64,000 bases of DNA from an uncultured cyanobacterium (GCA_963740315.1 CAVUDP010000001.1:1504001-1568000); one strand, 5' to 3'; positions 51,101 to 60,815 are shown, numbered from the stretch's first letter. A program made the numbers and translations. The notes: generated by a model not told the origin, from the sequence alone.

Positions 51101-51948
51101 ATACAATTCCAGTTAATCAAAATTCCGAAAATTCGTCTTGTCTTCTAGATTTATTCCCTGGTGGTGTGAGTTATGCACCCAGTTGTCAACTTTTGCAACA
51201 GGTACAAAAACGGGAACGTCCTGATTTTCAATCCCTGTTTGCGATTCAAAATCCCACAGAAGACCTTGATTTCACCGATTTGGAAGTAGAAACCATATTA
51301 TCTTACTTTCCCTCCTATCAAGTATTAACCAAAAAACAAGCCACAAAAGCTGCTTTATCCCAAGCCGAAAGACAATTAAAGCAAGCGAATTATCTTCATT
51401 TTTCTTGTCACGGTTCCTTCAATTTTAATTCTCCCCAAAATTCTTGCTTACTCCTAGCAGAAAGTGTGGATGAAAATAATAACTTAGATTTAACTAAATG
51501 TTTAACATTGGGTAATTTGTTTGAAAGAACTTTCGATTTTAGTCAAACTCGTCTTGTGGTTCTTTCAGCTTGCGAAACTGGCTTAGTTGATTTTAATAAT
51601 ACCAGTGATGAATATATCAGTTTACCCAGTGGCTTTCTCTATGCAGGTAGTAGCAGTGTGGTAAGTAGTTTGTGGACAGTAAGCGATTTATCCACAGCAT
51701 TTTTGATGATTAAATTCATTCAAAATTTGCGGGCTGCTAAAGATATGTCAGTACCACTGGCTATGAATCAAGCCCAAATATGGTTACGTGATGCCAGTAT
51801 AAAAGACATACTAGAATGGAGTAAAAAATCGCAGCTTAATCAAAATATTCAGCAAGAAATACAGGAGGAACTGGAACTTCATAACCCTAATGAAAAACAT
51901 TTTTCTTCTCCTTTTCATTGGGCTGCTTTCTGCGCTATTGGGCAATAA
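48166..51948 (+). CDS. TPR-CHAT (caspase-like) protease with four N-terminal ~70-aa repeats
   Basis: WAxTQNNLA TPRs; HFSCHG, LSACETG, SSLW.V.D, PFHWAAF. Confidence 0.9.
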   Translation: MNEQRQEAYLNLIQSLLSFRRNKKKIQEILAANQDLFDADFLRVLEVVAEVKSESGQENIANWLRRLATYLNTPATPLSMKEQRQQAYHNLIQSLLNCRSNDEVREILAANEKLFDTDFLQTVEAVAQTFSKNGDENTANWLRNLAMNEYRHQAYFNLIESLLNCGNDDEISKTLIANQELIDAGFLQAVEIMAKTYSQNGHESTASWLQNLAASLYRQQAYSRLIQSLLNCGNDDEVSQTLVENQELIDAGFLRAVEMVAQTLSQNGEENIANWLQNLVMHLKKSQFLIEVLQAIANNRGDLQMIYPLLEKNIDKLDEVLAEILLRWGTNTLEKMELDIAESLVSDIVEYSNIMQKFPLGNKASNIEIAIAGYEVALQIYTREALPENWAMTQNNLASAYFERIKGDRAENIEKAIAAATAASTVRTREALPEDWAITQNNLANAYCNRIKGDRAENIEKAIAAHTAALTVRTREALPEDWAMTQNNLANAYCERIKGDKAENIEKAIAAYAAILTVRTQEALPEGWAMTQNNLATAYYDRIKGDKADNIEKVIAAATAASTVFTRKASPQSWAITQNNLANAYSDRIKGDRADNIEKAIAAYTAALTVTTREALPLDWATTQHNIGRAYTHRVKGDRADNIEKAIPAYAAALTIYTKDALPLDWAITQNNLAGVYRDRIKGDKAENIEKAITCSRNALEFMTSDAFPQKYAEALFGLGIAYQKVNQLNLAHNAFESAIATIESLREEIISGEESKRKQAEYFGENYRRMVEVCLELGKKTEAIEYVERSKTRNLVEQILERDSKTIFPSEVVTQLETYRDEIATGQYQIQNGKAENPKVLAQHLQQLRQQRNELQNEYLPVGYGFKFDSFQATLDERTAIIEWYILNDKILAFIVTQTGEVKVWQSSTEDREAFLNWGNKYLRNYYTQKDQWQNSLGEELKELASVLHIDKILTQIPKHCDKLILIPHLFLHLFPLHTIPVNQNSENSSCLLDLFPGGVSYAPSCQLLQQVQKRERPDFQSLFAIQNPTEDLDFTDLEVETILSYFPSYQVLTKKQATKAALSQAERQLKQANYLHFSCHGSFNFNSPQNSCLLLAESVDENNNLDLTKCLTLGNLFERTFDFSQTRLVVLSACETGLVDFNNTSDEYISLPSGFLYAGSSSVVSSLWTVSDLSTAFLMIKFIQNLRAAKDMSVPLAMNQAQIWLRDASIKDILEWSKKSQLNQNIQQEIQEELELHNPNEKHFSSPFHWAAFCAIGQ
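49258..50290 (+). repeat. About seven near-identical 138-bp (46-aa) TPR units
   Basis: Repeated NIEKAIAA..REALP..WA.TQNNL..RIKGD.A. Confidence 0.85.
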
Positions 51949-51957
51949 AATTAATTA

Positions 51958-52037
51958 AGTAGCTTGGGTTGATACAAGCTAGAAAAGCCAACATTATACA
52001 AGAATTTCTTGGGTTGGGCTACACCTAATCCAACCTA
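51958..52037. repeat. Degenerate cyanobacterial REP-like palindromic element
   Basis: GTAGCTTGGGTTGA..CCAAC..TTGGGTT..CCAACCTA double-hairpin. Confidence 0.5.
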
Positions 52038-52072
52038 AAATCAAAACACTTATATATCTGGAGAAAAATAAT

Positions 52073-52420
52073 ATGAAATTTGCCAAACTTATCCAAAACT
52101 TTCCCGAAGCATTAAAAACTCAACCTCAAATATTTGATATCAAAGACTTGCAAGATTTAGATATAATTCTTACAGAATTGGACAGTGAAGCGGATGAAGT
52201 AACCGAAAAAGTTAAAAATTGGTTTAGAACTCATACAACAGCCAGAGATGCTTTAATTCAATTTTCATCTTCTACTCGCCAAGTCAATTCATCTCCTCGT
52301 CAACCACCAAGTAGCGAAGCCTCTATTATTCAAAACTTAATGGAACTACGACGAACTAATCAAGAAATTGTCTCTCAAAAGAATCAAAATTCACCCAAAC
52401 AATCAAATGACAAACAATGA
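52073..52420 (+). CDS. Small hypothetical protein associated with TPR-CHAT
   Basis: 115 aa, overlaps the next gene (ATGA). Confidence 0.65.
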   Translation: MKFAKLIQNFPEALKTQPQIFDIKDLQDLDIILTELDSEADEVTEKVKNWFRTHTTARDALIQFSSSTRQVNSSPRQPPSSEASIIQNLMELRRTNQEIVSQKNQNSPKQSNDKQ

Positions 52421-53973
52421 CATACAAAGTCTATGCACCTAACGTTCATCTCTTTGCCTTCCATCTGCGTGATGACTCTTCATCAGACAACTATAACAAT
52501 AAATTACTTTGGCACAAATGCCGGGAAATTTTTCAAAGATTTGAAATTTCTCAGGAATTAAAAATTAGAAATGTCGCACCAGATAGACGTGTTGATTTAC
52601 TAGAAGAAGCTGCCGACACAAATATTTTTCTACCATTAGAAGGCGCAATAATTCTAGATACAGCACAAAAAACCAGAGTTACAGGTATCGCCTGTCCTCT
52701 GCAAATATATGATAGCTATGCTCTAGCTTTAAACCTACGGATTGACGAACTTGATCAATCTCAAAATAAAACAGAAGCAGTAGATATAAGTATTTTCAAA
52801 AATTTTAATCCAGATAATTGCTTTTTACCTAAAAACATTAATAGTTCTCTGGGACAAACCTTACTATTAACTGCTTGGCTATCCCCAGATCAACAACAAG
52901 ATGCAACACTTTGGCGAGAAATTGCTCAACAGTGCGTGCAGAATTTCTGCGAACAAAAAGGAGAATGTCCACAACTGTATCAAGAAAGTCTATTATTTGA
53001 TAGTCCAATTTTTGAATATGCTAATCCTAATTCTGCTCATGGTTATGAACACATATTAGTGTGGCTATTTTTTTCAGAAGAAGAAGAGCAATATTCTGCC
53101 AAAGCGGATGCTAATCTTAGCTCATTTTATCAAGATTTTATAGATTTATTTTTTTATCGCAATAAAGTTATCAAAGCTTATCATATTAGTAGAGATGTAT
53201 ATTCAGATATTTATAGTTTATATAAAGAATTTAAACAAACTGTGAGTGAAATAGCCAAGATCAAATCGATTGGCAATAGTTCATTAGTTCCGAGTACAAA
53301 TAGATATTTATCTCCTGAAATCAAAATAACATCTCCTCAAAACAAAATAGTCCCAACAATTTCGCCAGATAACAATTTGACAGTTTCAAATACAATTACG
53401 GGATTATCTAATATTGAACTCAAAAATTATAAAAATAAACTCAGCATATTTCCTCTATTAGATTTACAATATTCCGAATACTTGACAGAATTTGATAAAT
53501 ATCGCCTGACTATTGAGACAAACACTAACAATTATGCAGAAAAGCTAAGACAGATACAAGAAAAATCTGCAAATGAAAATTTACAGTTTTTATCAAATTT
53601 TAATCAAATAATATCTATTAAATTTTCTAACCAAATCCAAACAGATTTAGGTTATTTTGCAAATACTCCTGCCTTAATAGACAAAGCCATCACATCAATT
53701 CGCGGCATAGTAGAAATAGAACAAGCCGAGCGCGATCGCTCTTTAGAAAACACCATTCAAAGATTAGGTATAGCCTTTGGCGGCGGTGCAATAGTTTCTG
53801 GTGTCGTCACGCAACACGTAGATAAACCCTTCGCACCAGGGATAATAAACTTCAAGTATCCAGTTCACCCCCTAACATTATCCTTGCTGTGGAGTTTTGT
53901 GGCTACCACCTTTTTTTGGTTCTTAGCGTGGTTGTTTACTAAACCCAAACGGAAGAGGAATAAACGAAATTAG
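52417..53973 (+). CDS. Hypothetical protein with long helices and two C-terminal TM segments (CorA-like/CATRA-like topology)
   Basis: Soluble alpha/beta N-terminus, coiled-coil, two TM helices, basic tail. Confidence 0.55.
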   Translation: MTYKVYAPNVHLFAFHLRDDSSSDNYNNKLLWHKCREIFQRFEISQELKIRNVAPDRRVDLLEEAADTNIFLPLEGAIILDTAQKTRVTGIACPLQIYDSYALALNLRIDELDQSQNKTEAVDISIFKNFNPDNCFLPKNINSSLGQTLLLTAWLSPDQQQDATLWREIAQQCVQNFCEQKGECPQLYQESLLFDSPIFEYANPNSAHGYEHILVWLFFSEEEEQYSAKADANLSSFYQDFIDLFFYRNKVIKAYHISRDVYSDIYSLYKEFKQTVSEIAKIKSIGNSSLVPSTNRYLSPEIKITSPQNKIVPTISPDNNLTVSNTITGLSNIELKNYKNKLSIFPLLDLQYSEYLTEFDKYRLTIETNTNNYAEKLRQIQEKSANENLQFLSNFNQIISIKFSNQIQTDLGYFANTPALIDKAITSIRGIVEIEQAERDRSLENTIQRLGIAFGGGAIVSGVVTQHVDKPFAPGIINFKYPVHPLTLSLLWSFVATTFFWFLAWLFTKPKRKRNKRN

Positions 53974-54126
53974 TCGCATGACAATTCTTATATATAGTAT
54001 CTCTGTACCTACCGAAAGCAATAATTGACAAAGTATAAAGTTTGACTCAGATATTGCGGTGTATAATTTTTAATGGTAATAACTGCTGTCAGTTAGAACA
54101 TCCCTTGTTTACCGCAATCTCCTTCC

Positions 54127-54392
54127 ATGAGCCTAATTAATCTGGATTTGCTGTTTAAAGCAATTAGTGGCATCGCTCAACCTGTGATTAAAGAAAAGGT
54201 TCAGCGTAATGAAACTGTAATTAAATTACTTAAGCAGTTTAAAATTGACTCAGAGCATCCGCCGGGAGATTTTAGCGGGGTATATGCTTATACTCTTGTA
54301 GAATATGGTGTTGGTAAGCCACAGCCCATTCTTGAGTTGTTTCGTCAGCAAGAAATTAAAGCAGCGTTTCGCAAAGCGTTTGACCAGATAGC
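54127..54392 (+). pseudogene. Truncated N-terminus of a cyanobacterial NACHT-type protein
   Basis: HPPGDFSGVYAYTLVEYGVGKP resembles N-termini of cyanobacterial NACHT/WD40 proteins; sequence switches abruptly to the antisense carrier domain. Confidence 0.5.
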
Positions 54393-57300
54393 TTTTCGAT
54401 TTCCCCCACTACAACTGCTGCTTTAACGCAATCCCCTCCTAACTCGAAAAAGTTGTCATTTCGCTTAACCGACTCAATTTCTAAAACCTGTTGCCAAATT
54501 TCTGCCAACCAAATCTCTGCCTCATTCTGGGGAGCGTCGCTCGGCTGACTTGATACTTTGTCTTCAATAGTCCAACTTGCCAAACTCGCTTCTTGGTCTG
54601 TCAGATTTAAGCAAGCATTCAATTTTTCTGCATAAACTTGGATGTGGGGTTCTGCATGATAAGTGTTGTGTCTTCCGGGAACCTCGACAACTTCAACCCC
54701 ACCCTCAACCCAATCATTCCAACCATTGGGTTGCATCGGGTCAAAATGAGAGCGGAAATATTGTCGATTTTCTGCCGCAGCAAAATAAATAACCCGTCCC
54801 GAATAGATTTTGGGAAGATGATTAATAATAACTTGCCAGTTGGCTTCAGAAACTTTTAAAATATTCTCAATTATATTGTTACTTAATCCATCATCCTGTA
54901 ATTTCTTTTGTACCTTCTCCTTCCCAAAATATTGCCAACTCGTCCATCTTTGTATTTTGTCTTCTTCAGTAATTAAGGGATTGAGACTATCTGCCATAGT
55001 CACTAACAAAACTTGCTGACCCTGCTTTTTTAATTGTTGAGCCATTTCAAAGGCAATATTACCTCCTATACATACACCGCCTAGAAGATAGGGACCTTGA
55101 GGCTGTACGGTTTGAATCTCCCGGATGTAGTGGTCTATCATCTCTTGGATACAGGTATGGGGTGCTGCTTCACCATCAAGTCCGACTGGCTGTAAACCAT
55201 AAAGGGGACGCTTCGGATCGAGATAACGCACCAACTGTCCGCCACCACCCAAACCTCCGAGAGCATGGACGTAAAAGAAAGGTAGCTTGCTCCCCCTGGG
55301 ACGGATGGGAACCAGGGAACCAGAGCCAAGATTATCCCAGTTTTTTTGCATGATTCGACGCGCAAGTTGGGCGATGGTTTTGGCTTCGGCTAAACTCGCT
55401 AATGGAATTTTTAGACCGAACTTTTTTTCAATTTCCGTCACCACAACTGCTGTTTTGACGAAATCCCCTCCTAACTCGAAAAAGTTATCATTTCGCTTAA
55501 CTGACTCAATTTCTAAAACCTGTTGCCAAATTTCTGCCAACAGAATCTCTACCTCATTCTGGGGAGCGTCGCTCGGCTGACTTAATACCTTGTCTTCAAT
55601 AGTCCAACTTGCCAAACTGTTTAAACTGCCTTCCAAAAATGCTCTTCGACAAACTTGACGCTGAATTTTACCGCTAGAGGTTTTAAAAATACTGCCTCGT
55701 TTGAGCAGCACAACACCATAAATGGGTAACTCATAGTGTTCGGCAACCCCATTGCGAATAGCACTCACCACTTTTTCAACATCCAGATTTTGACTCGCAC
55801 CACGCTCAACCTCAAATGCGATAACTAATTGCTCAACTCCATCGACTTCAATGGAAAATGCTGCCCCATACCCCGGACGCAACGCCGGATGGCTCTTTTC
55901 CACCACCCACTCAATATCCTGGGGATAGTAATTCTCGCCACGAATAATTATCAAATCCTTAAGACGACCTGTCACAAACAGTTCCCCATCCCGAACAAAT
56001 CCCAAATCCCCCGTCCGCAAAAACGGTCCCTCTCCCGTGTCTGCCAAACGCGCCCCAAAGATTTCTTCACTTACCTCCGGACGCTGCCAGTAACCCCGCG
56101 CCACTCCTGCACTCGCCACCCAAATTTCCCCCACCTCATCTGGGGCGCAGCTAGTCAACGTTTGGGGATGAACAATCGCCATTTGGGTATTCCCTAACAA
56201 CCGTCCCGAACTCACCCACCGCTGTCCCGTCGCCGATTCAACCACGCGATTTTGCGCCAAAGCTTCCGCTGACAGATAATAGAACACTGGCTCCATCCCT
56301 TTCCGACTCGTCGTTACCAGCAGCGTCGTTTCCGCCAATCCGTAAGCCGGGGCAAACGCCCGACGACGAAACCCGCAGGAAGCGAAAGCTTGACTAAATT
56401 GGTCGATAACCTCGGGATTAATTGGTTCGGCAGCATTCCCCGCCGCTTCCCAACTGCTCAAATCCAGCGTCGCCCGTTCCTCCGATGCAATCCGCCGTAG
56501 ACAATAAGCATAGGCAAAATTCGGCGCTTGGCTGTGGGTGGCGCGATACCGGGAAATTGCTTGCAGCCAGCGGAGCGGCTGTTTGATAAACGCCATCGGC
56601 GACATCAAATAACAGGGCGTGCCGTTGTAAATTGGTGTGAGAATCCCTTCCACCAGCCCGTAATCGTGAAAATAGGGCATCCAGGTGACGGTGATGCTGT
56701 TGGCATCGTAACCACCCGCCTGTTGCAGTTCGGCTAAATGAGCCATGAGATTATTGCCATCGAGCATCACCCCTTTGGGGGTAGAGGTGGAGCCAGAAGT
56801 ATATTGTAGGTAGGCGAGAGTGTCGCCGTTGATGTCCGGTTCTTGCCATTGGCTAGCGAGGCAATCGGGAATTTTATCGGTTGCCGCCCAAGGAAGCTGG
56901 GCGAGATGTGGAATTGACTGGTCGATGTCAGCAGTCGTGAGAGAATAGTGAAGGAACAGCGACGGTTTGCCGTTGAGTGGTCGAACAATACTCCGGGCGG
57001 TGAAGGTAAACGAGTTATTGTCGCGGTTGGCAACGAGTGGAGCAGTGGTGAGAACCAGAGAAGCTCCAGCATCGGCAGCGATCGCTTCCAACCGAGGGAG
57101 GGTGCGTTTGAGCCGCAACCTTAGGAGTCCGGGAGCGGGAATGGCGACGACTCCAGCGTACAGGCAACCAAAAAAGGCGGCGATCGCATCTAAGCTTTGG
57201 GGATAAACAAGTAAAACCCTTTCTCCAATGTTAAGCTGCGCTTGTAGGTAAGCAGCAATTGCTTTAGCTTTTTCGTCTAATTGGTGGTACGTCAGGCTGG

Positions 57301-57502
57301 TAGGTAAGGTTCCATTTTCCAGGAACGTGAAAGCGACACGGTTGGGGTATTGGCTGGCGCGGCGTTGTAGGAGATTGACAATCGAAACTTCCCTTTCATC
57401 TCGATATTGCTGGGTACTGCTTTCTAAAAGCTGATGTTCTAAATATGACATTTTATATTCCTCATTCAACATCAACCTCGATTGCTTAATTCCCACTTCC
57501 AC
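54356..57502 (-). CDS. Fatty acyl-AMP ligase - carrier - thioesterase - truncated carrier multidomain protein
   Basis: YLQYTSGST.PKG, YGLAE, RTGDLG, KTSSGKIQR; NFFELGGD x2; GGVCIGG thioesterase. Confidence 0.85.
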   Translation of the reverse strand: MEVGIKQSRLMLNEEYKMSYLEHQLLESSTQQYRDEREVSIVNLLQRRASQYPNRVAFTFLENGTLPTSLTYHQLDEKAKAIAAYLQAQLNIGERVLLVYPQSLDAIAAFFGCLYAGVVAIPAPGLLRLRLKRTLPRLEAIAADAGASLVLTTAPLVANRDNNSFTFTARSIVRPLNGKPSLFLHYSLTTADIDQSIPHLAQLPWAATDKIPDCLASQWQEPDINGDTLAYLQYTSGSTSTPKGVMLDGNNLMAHLAELQQAGGYDANSITVTWMPYFHDYGLVEGILTPIYNGTPCYLMSPMAFIKQPLRWLQAISRYRATHSQAPNFAYAYCLRRIASEERATLDLSSWEAAGNAAEPINPEVIDQFSQAFASCGFRRRAFAPAYGLAETTLLVTTSRKGMEPVFYYLSAEALAQNRVVESATGQRWVSSGRLLGNTQMAIVHPQTLTSCAPDEVGEIWVASAGVARGYWQRPEVSEEIFGARLADTGEGPFLRTGDLGFVRDGELFVTGRLKDLIIIRGENYYPQDIEWVVEKSHPALRPGYGAAFSIEVDGVEQLVIAFEVERGASQNLDVEKVVSAIRNGVAEHYELPIYGVVLLKRGSIFKTSSGKIQRQVCRRAFLEGSLNSLASWTIEDKVLSQPSDAPQNEVEILLAEIWQQVLEIESVKRNDNFFELGGDFVKTAVVVTEIEKKFGLKIPLASLAEAKTIAQLARRIMQKNWDNLGSGSLVPIRPRGSKLPFFYVHALGGLGGGGQLVRYLDPKRPLYGLQPVGLDGEAAPHTCIQEMIDHYIREIQTVQPQGPYLLGGVCIGGNIAFEMAQQLKKQGQQVLLVTMADSLNPLITEEDKIQRWTSWQYFGKEKVQKKLQDDGLSNNIIENILKVSEANWQVIINHLPKIYSGRVIYFAAAENRQYFRSHFDPMQPNGWNDWVEGGVEVVEVPGRHNTYHAEPHIQVYAEKLNACLNLTDQEASLASWTIEDKVSSQPSDAPQNEAEIWLAEIWQQVLEIESVKRNDNFFELGGDCVKAAVVVGEIEKLSGQTLCETLL
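54408..55618. repeat. ~180-bp direct repeat (54408-54587 and 55440-55618) encoding linker + carrier domain
   Basis: Highly similar nucleotide copies read directly. Confidence 0.9.
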
Positions 57503-57955
57503 AGTTTTTAGGTCTTGAGTATTATATAACTTAACTCAAGCTTCCCAATAGTGACAAACACTGACAATATAATCTTGAATATATGGAAATGACAAGTAAC
57601 TTGCAAGATTGCGATTAAATTGGAAGAGTAAAATTATTAACAAATAACGAGAGATAAGAAGCAAGGTTAGACGTATAATTAATGTCGGTAGAGGTAAACT
57701 TCGACAACCGTGTCATAAAACATTATAAGTATTTGATTTTACCTTTAAAATTTGCATAGATACTTTATTGATAAATGATGTTGTGAGTTGCTCCCCCGAA
57801 CCGCTCTAAGATTTCCTATTAAAATCCATCGGAGTCAAGTTTACGCGGCATTTCCCCAAAATGCGCCGGATTCCAACGGTCAGACTCAGAACTTTTTTTC
57901 ACTTCTGTTCTCCCATCTGTATTGGTTATGAAACTTTTGCACCCATTGAAGCTTT

Positions 57956-59593
57956 TTATTTAGTCGAGCAAGATACATTTTCTCGCCATTTACGAAGCTG
58001 GTGATATATTTCAATCTCGTGAAAGGCTCGGTTTTCCCATATTAATGTGCCAGGAAGTTTGATTTCATACACACCGTTAGCAATCTCCTTATATTCCTCG
58101 ATAACACCCTCTTTCTTGGCTCCATTTAATACCTTGACACTATCCGGAGTAATACCAATCACTCTCCGTTTTTGTTCGTTTGAGAGAGCATTCCAGGCTT
58201 CTACCTTAATTTCTGGATATTGGTTAAATATGCTTCTAATGTCTTCCCAATCCCCCTGTATTAAAACATCGATTCCCTTGTCAAGTGGTGTCGGCTCCAA
58301 CTCTAAATCTGACTCTTGTGGTTCCTCTAAATATTCTTCTTGTGATTGTTCGGCATTTTTATAATACTTAAACCTACTAGTTTCTTTAACTACTTCCAAC
58401 TCCGTCCAATGAAAATAATGATTGAAACCCTCAACCGAAACCAGAATGGGACTAATATTCTCCCCATTTAATCCCATTACCTTACCTTGTTTATTTTGAA
58501 GATTCCCTGTTTTGATTTCTACCGTGGCGGGTATATCAAAGCCCATCGATAGCAGAGCATCGTTACGAACATCGGTGTCTACCCATGCCAACTCTTGCTC
58601 GAAGTTTTGGTAAGAAGCAAGATTAGCCCCCCAAGTTTCTCTCCACTGTGGATTATGGTTATAAGCGTAATTAGAAAGATGCTTGAGCGCTATCGTATCG
58701 TGCCGAAGTATATTCGATACTGCATCCCATCTTTTATCTTGAGGAACTGTTGCTTCCCAACGTTGGCAACACTCGACTATTAACCAACCTGAAGAATCGC
58801 TGATTCTACCAATATTTTGAATATCAGTGATTAACTGCTGTGCCAATTCTTCCCATCTCTCCTCGACGGTTTGACTTGAGCCGGTTGATGTGGTTTCCTG
58901 TTGAGGATTTTGATTAATTTCTTGAGTACTCGAATCGTTCACATCACTTACATCTGAAGTAGTATTTTCAACAACTTCAAGTGGTTCTTCTACATCTGTA
59001 AGTTTTTGATAAAAATCGGCGATCGCCATTCTCACAATCCGCTGCGGGGAGAACCCCAACTGCTCTATCAGCTTATCTGCAAGCACTCCTGTCTGATGGT
59101 CATCTTCCATAATCTTGCCGAAAGTATAGTATCGATTACCATCTGGTGTTGCTCGCCAATTGCCAACTTTTTTATCTTTTCTTTGAGACTTGAGAAACTT
59201 TCTTCTTTCTTCAATCAGTTCCAATACAAGTTTGCAAGTCAATCCACCAATGGGAATATCTTGCAATTTTTCAATTAAAACCTGGTAATTCTTCGAGCAT
59301 AATCGTAGCAATACTGGTACAGGCAATACAGCCAAGTGTTCTGGACACCCAACAAACGCTTGAAAATTCTCTGCAATTTTTAGCGATCGCCTTTCTTCTG
59401 TACTCCCTTTATCCCATCCATACTCTTCCAACAGTGCGCGATACTGTTTCCTATTAAGAGTGTGCTTACATTCGTAGAGTGAAAAAGCTGCGTACAGATA
59501 CTCTAAAGTACTTTGCTCGATGTGTACCGTAGGATTGGAGTCTAAATAGCTTTGCTCGGTGTACCTTTCGGTTGCAAGAGTTAGTGAAGTCAT
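57956..59593 (-). CDS. Hypothetical plasmid protein
   Basis: 545-aa ORF. Confidence 0.7.
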   Translation of the reverse strand: MTSLTLATERYTEQSYLDSNPTVHIEQSTLEYLYAAFSLYECKHTLNRKQYRALLEEYGWDKGSTEERRSLKIAENFQAFVGCPEHLAVLPVPVLLRLCSKNYQVLIEKLQDIPIGGLTCKLVLELIEERRKFLKSQRKDKKVGNWRATPDGNRYYTFGKIMEDDHQTGVLADKLIEQLGFSPQRIVRMAIADFYQKLTDVEEPLEVVENTTSDVSDVNDSSTQEINQNPQQETTSTGSSQTVEERWEELAQQLITDIQNIGRISDSSGWLIVECCQRWEATVPQDKRWDAVSNILRHDTIALKHLSNYAYNHNPQWRETWGANLASYQNFEQELAWVDTDVRNDALLSMGFDIPATVEIKTGNLQNKQGKVMGLNGENISPILVSVEGFNHYFHWTELEVVKETSRFKYYKNAEQSQEEYLEEPQESDLELEPTPLDKGIDVLIQGDWEDIRSIFNQYPEIKVEAWNALSNEQKRRVIGITPDSVKVLNGAKKEGVIEEYKEIANGVYEIKLPGTLIWENRAFHEIEIYHQLRKWRENVSCSTK

Positions 59594-59671
59594 GTTAAAT
59601 TAGTCTTGTTTTTAATATGTTTTTGGTCTGCGTTAAAGACCAACTTTTTTAATCCAACCAATCTGAATAAA

Positions 59672-60301
59672 TTAAGCCGCCGTTGAGAGCGCTTTAGACA
59701 CTACTGCGGGCTTGCTTCTCTTGAGATTAGCATCAATTGATGAAACTTGGAAGATAGCCGCCAATGCATAGCCCAAAGTATGCTTGTGAATTTGGGGCAT
59801 TTTTTGAAACGACATATCTTGTCCCCAGTCTTGAACCGATTTTGTGCCAATATGCAGAACTTGGGTTAGAGTTTTGACACAATTCCCACGAAAGTTAGCG
59901 TGAGAAACAGTTTGTAATATTTCCTGTTCCGTTAACCCATCGAGAAGGACTTTCTCTAGAAAGGTTTGAGCATCAACCGACGGTGGAACAAAATCCCCTC
60001 TTAGGATGCTTCCTAGCTGATGAGGCACAATTTGAGCAGCATAGATATAAGCAAGGGCAATCCTACAATATTTAGGCATCCCTTCAAAATTAAGGTCGCT
60101 TCCCCATTTACGAACCGTAGCTCGCTGAATATCAAAGATTGCACAGAATACGCTAATGCATTTTTTGCGGTACTGGCTGTCTGTTTCTTCTTCGAGCAGT
60201 TCTGAGGGAGTCAGTTCGGCAATACCGAAGCAGTGACGTAGGAACTGCCTGGGTTCTAAACCTTCTTTTGGTAAACTTTTCAGGACTTCGCAGCTTTTCA
60301 T
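59672..60301 (-). CDS. Hypothetical protein with two internal repeats (probable DNA binding)
   Basis: Two copies of C..L..V..WG.D..F..MP....L.Y. Confidence 0.7.
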   Translation of the reverse strand: MKSCEVLKSLPKEGLEPRQFLRHCFGIAELTPSELLEEETDSQYRKKCISVFCAIFDIQRATVRKWGSDLNFEGMPKYCRIALAYIYAAQIVPHQLGSILRGDFVPPSVDAQTFLEKVLLDGLTEQEILQTVSHANFRGNCVKTLTQVLHIGTKSVQDWGQDMSFQKMPQIHKHTLGYALAAIFQVSSIDANLKRSKPAVVSKALSTAA

Positions 60302-60496
60302 CTTTCAAGATTCCTGTTTAAAAGTAGAGGAGTTTACGGGAGCATTTAAATTTTGGACTCGAAACTGAAATTTATATTATTGGAATAATAACCTATATAG
60401 GTATATTAATACAAAATACTTAACTTACCTATATTGCTTATATGCCAATATTTGTCTCGATGACATAATTGAGGTAAGTATCGTAATGGGTGAAAT

Positions 60497-60670
60497 GTGT
60501 CTAATTTGAAAAACACGGAAGATAAAACTGTAAAGCTTGTGGTTTTTTTGTCAGATGACGAACGTACAAAATTTAAAATCGCTTGCGCTCGTAGTAAAAC
60601 CTCCATGAGCCAAAAAGCTAAAGAATTAATCGTTGCTTGGGTTGAATCAGAAGAAGAACAATCTTCATAA
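60497..60670 (+). CDS. ParG-like ribbon-helix-helix protein (57 aa, not in the ORF track)
   Basis: GTG start; VKLVVFLSDDERTKFKIACARSKTSMSQKAKELIVAWV. Confidence 0.7.
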   Translation: MSNLKNTEDKTVKLVVFLSDDERTKFKIACARSKTSMSQKAKELIVAWVESEEEQSS

Positions 60671-60689
60671 AATGATCAATTGTACGGTT

Positions 60690-60741
60690 CGGGACTGAAT
60701 TGAGTAGTGTTTTCATGCAAGAAAACTCTCAATTCGTCTCG
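60690..60741. terminator. Long imperfect hairpin
   Basis: CGGGAC.GAATTGAG..GTTTTC-loop-GAAAAC.CTCAATTC.GTCTCG. Confidence 0.45.
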
Positions 60742-60815
60742 GGGCAATTTCTGTGGGTTGGCTTGGTAATACATATGCAAATTAATTCAGACACAATCAA
60801 AAAAAGTTATTAGAC

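Noticed and set aside
54356..57502. Complete NRPS/PKS biosynthetic cluster
   Set aside because: No condensation, ketosynthase or tailoring genes; the gene is solitary and truncated
57760..57915. GC-richer intergenic patch as ncRNA
   Set aside because: Minus strand reads ..DRWNPAHFGEMPRKLDSDGF*, more consistent with a decayed small gene; no convincing fold
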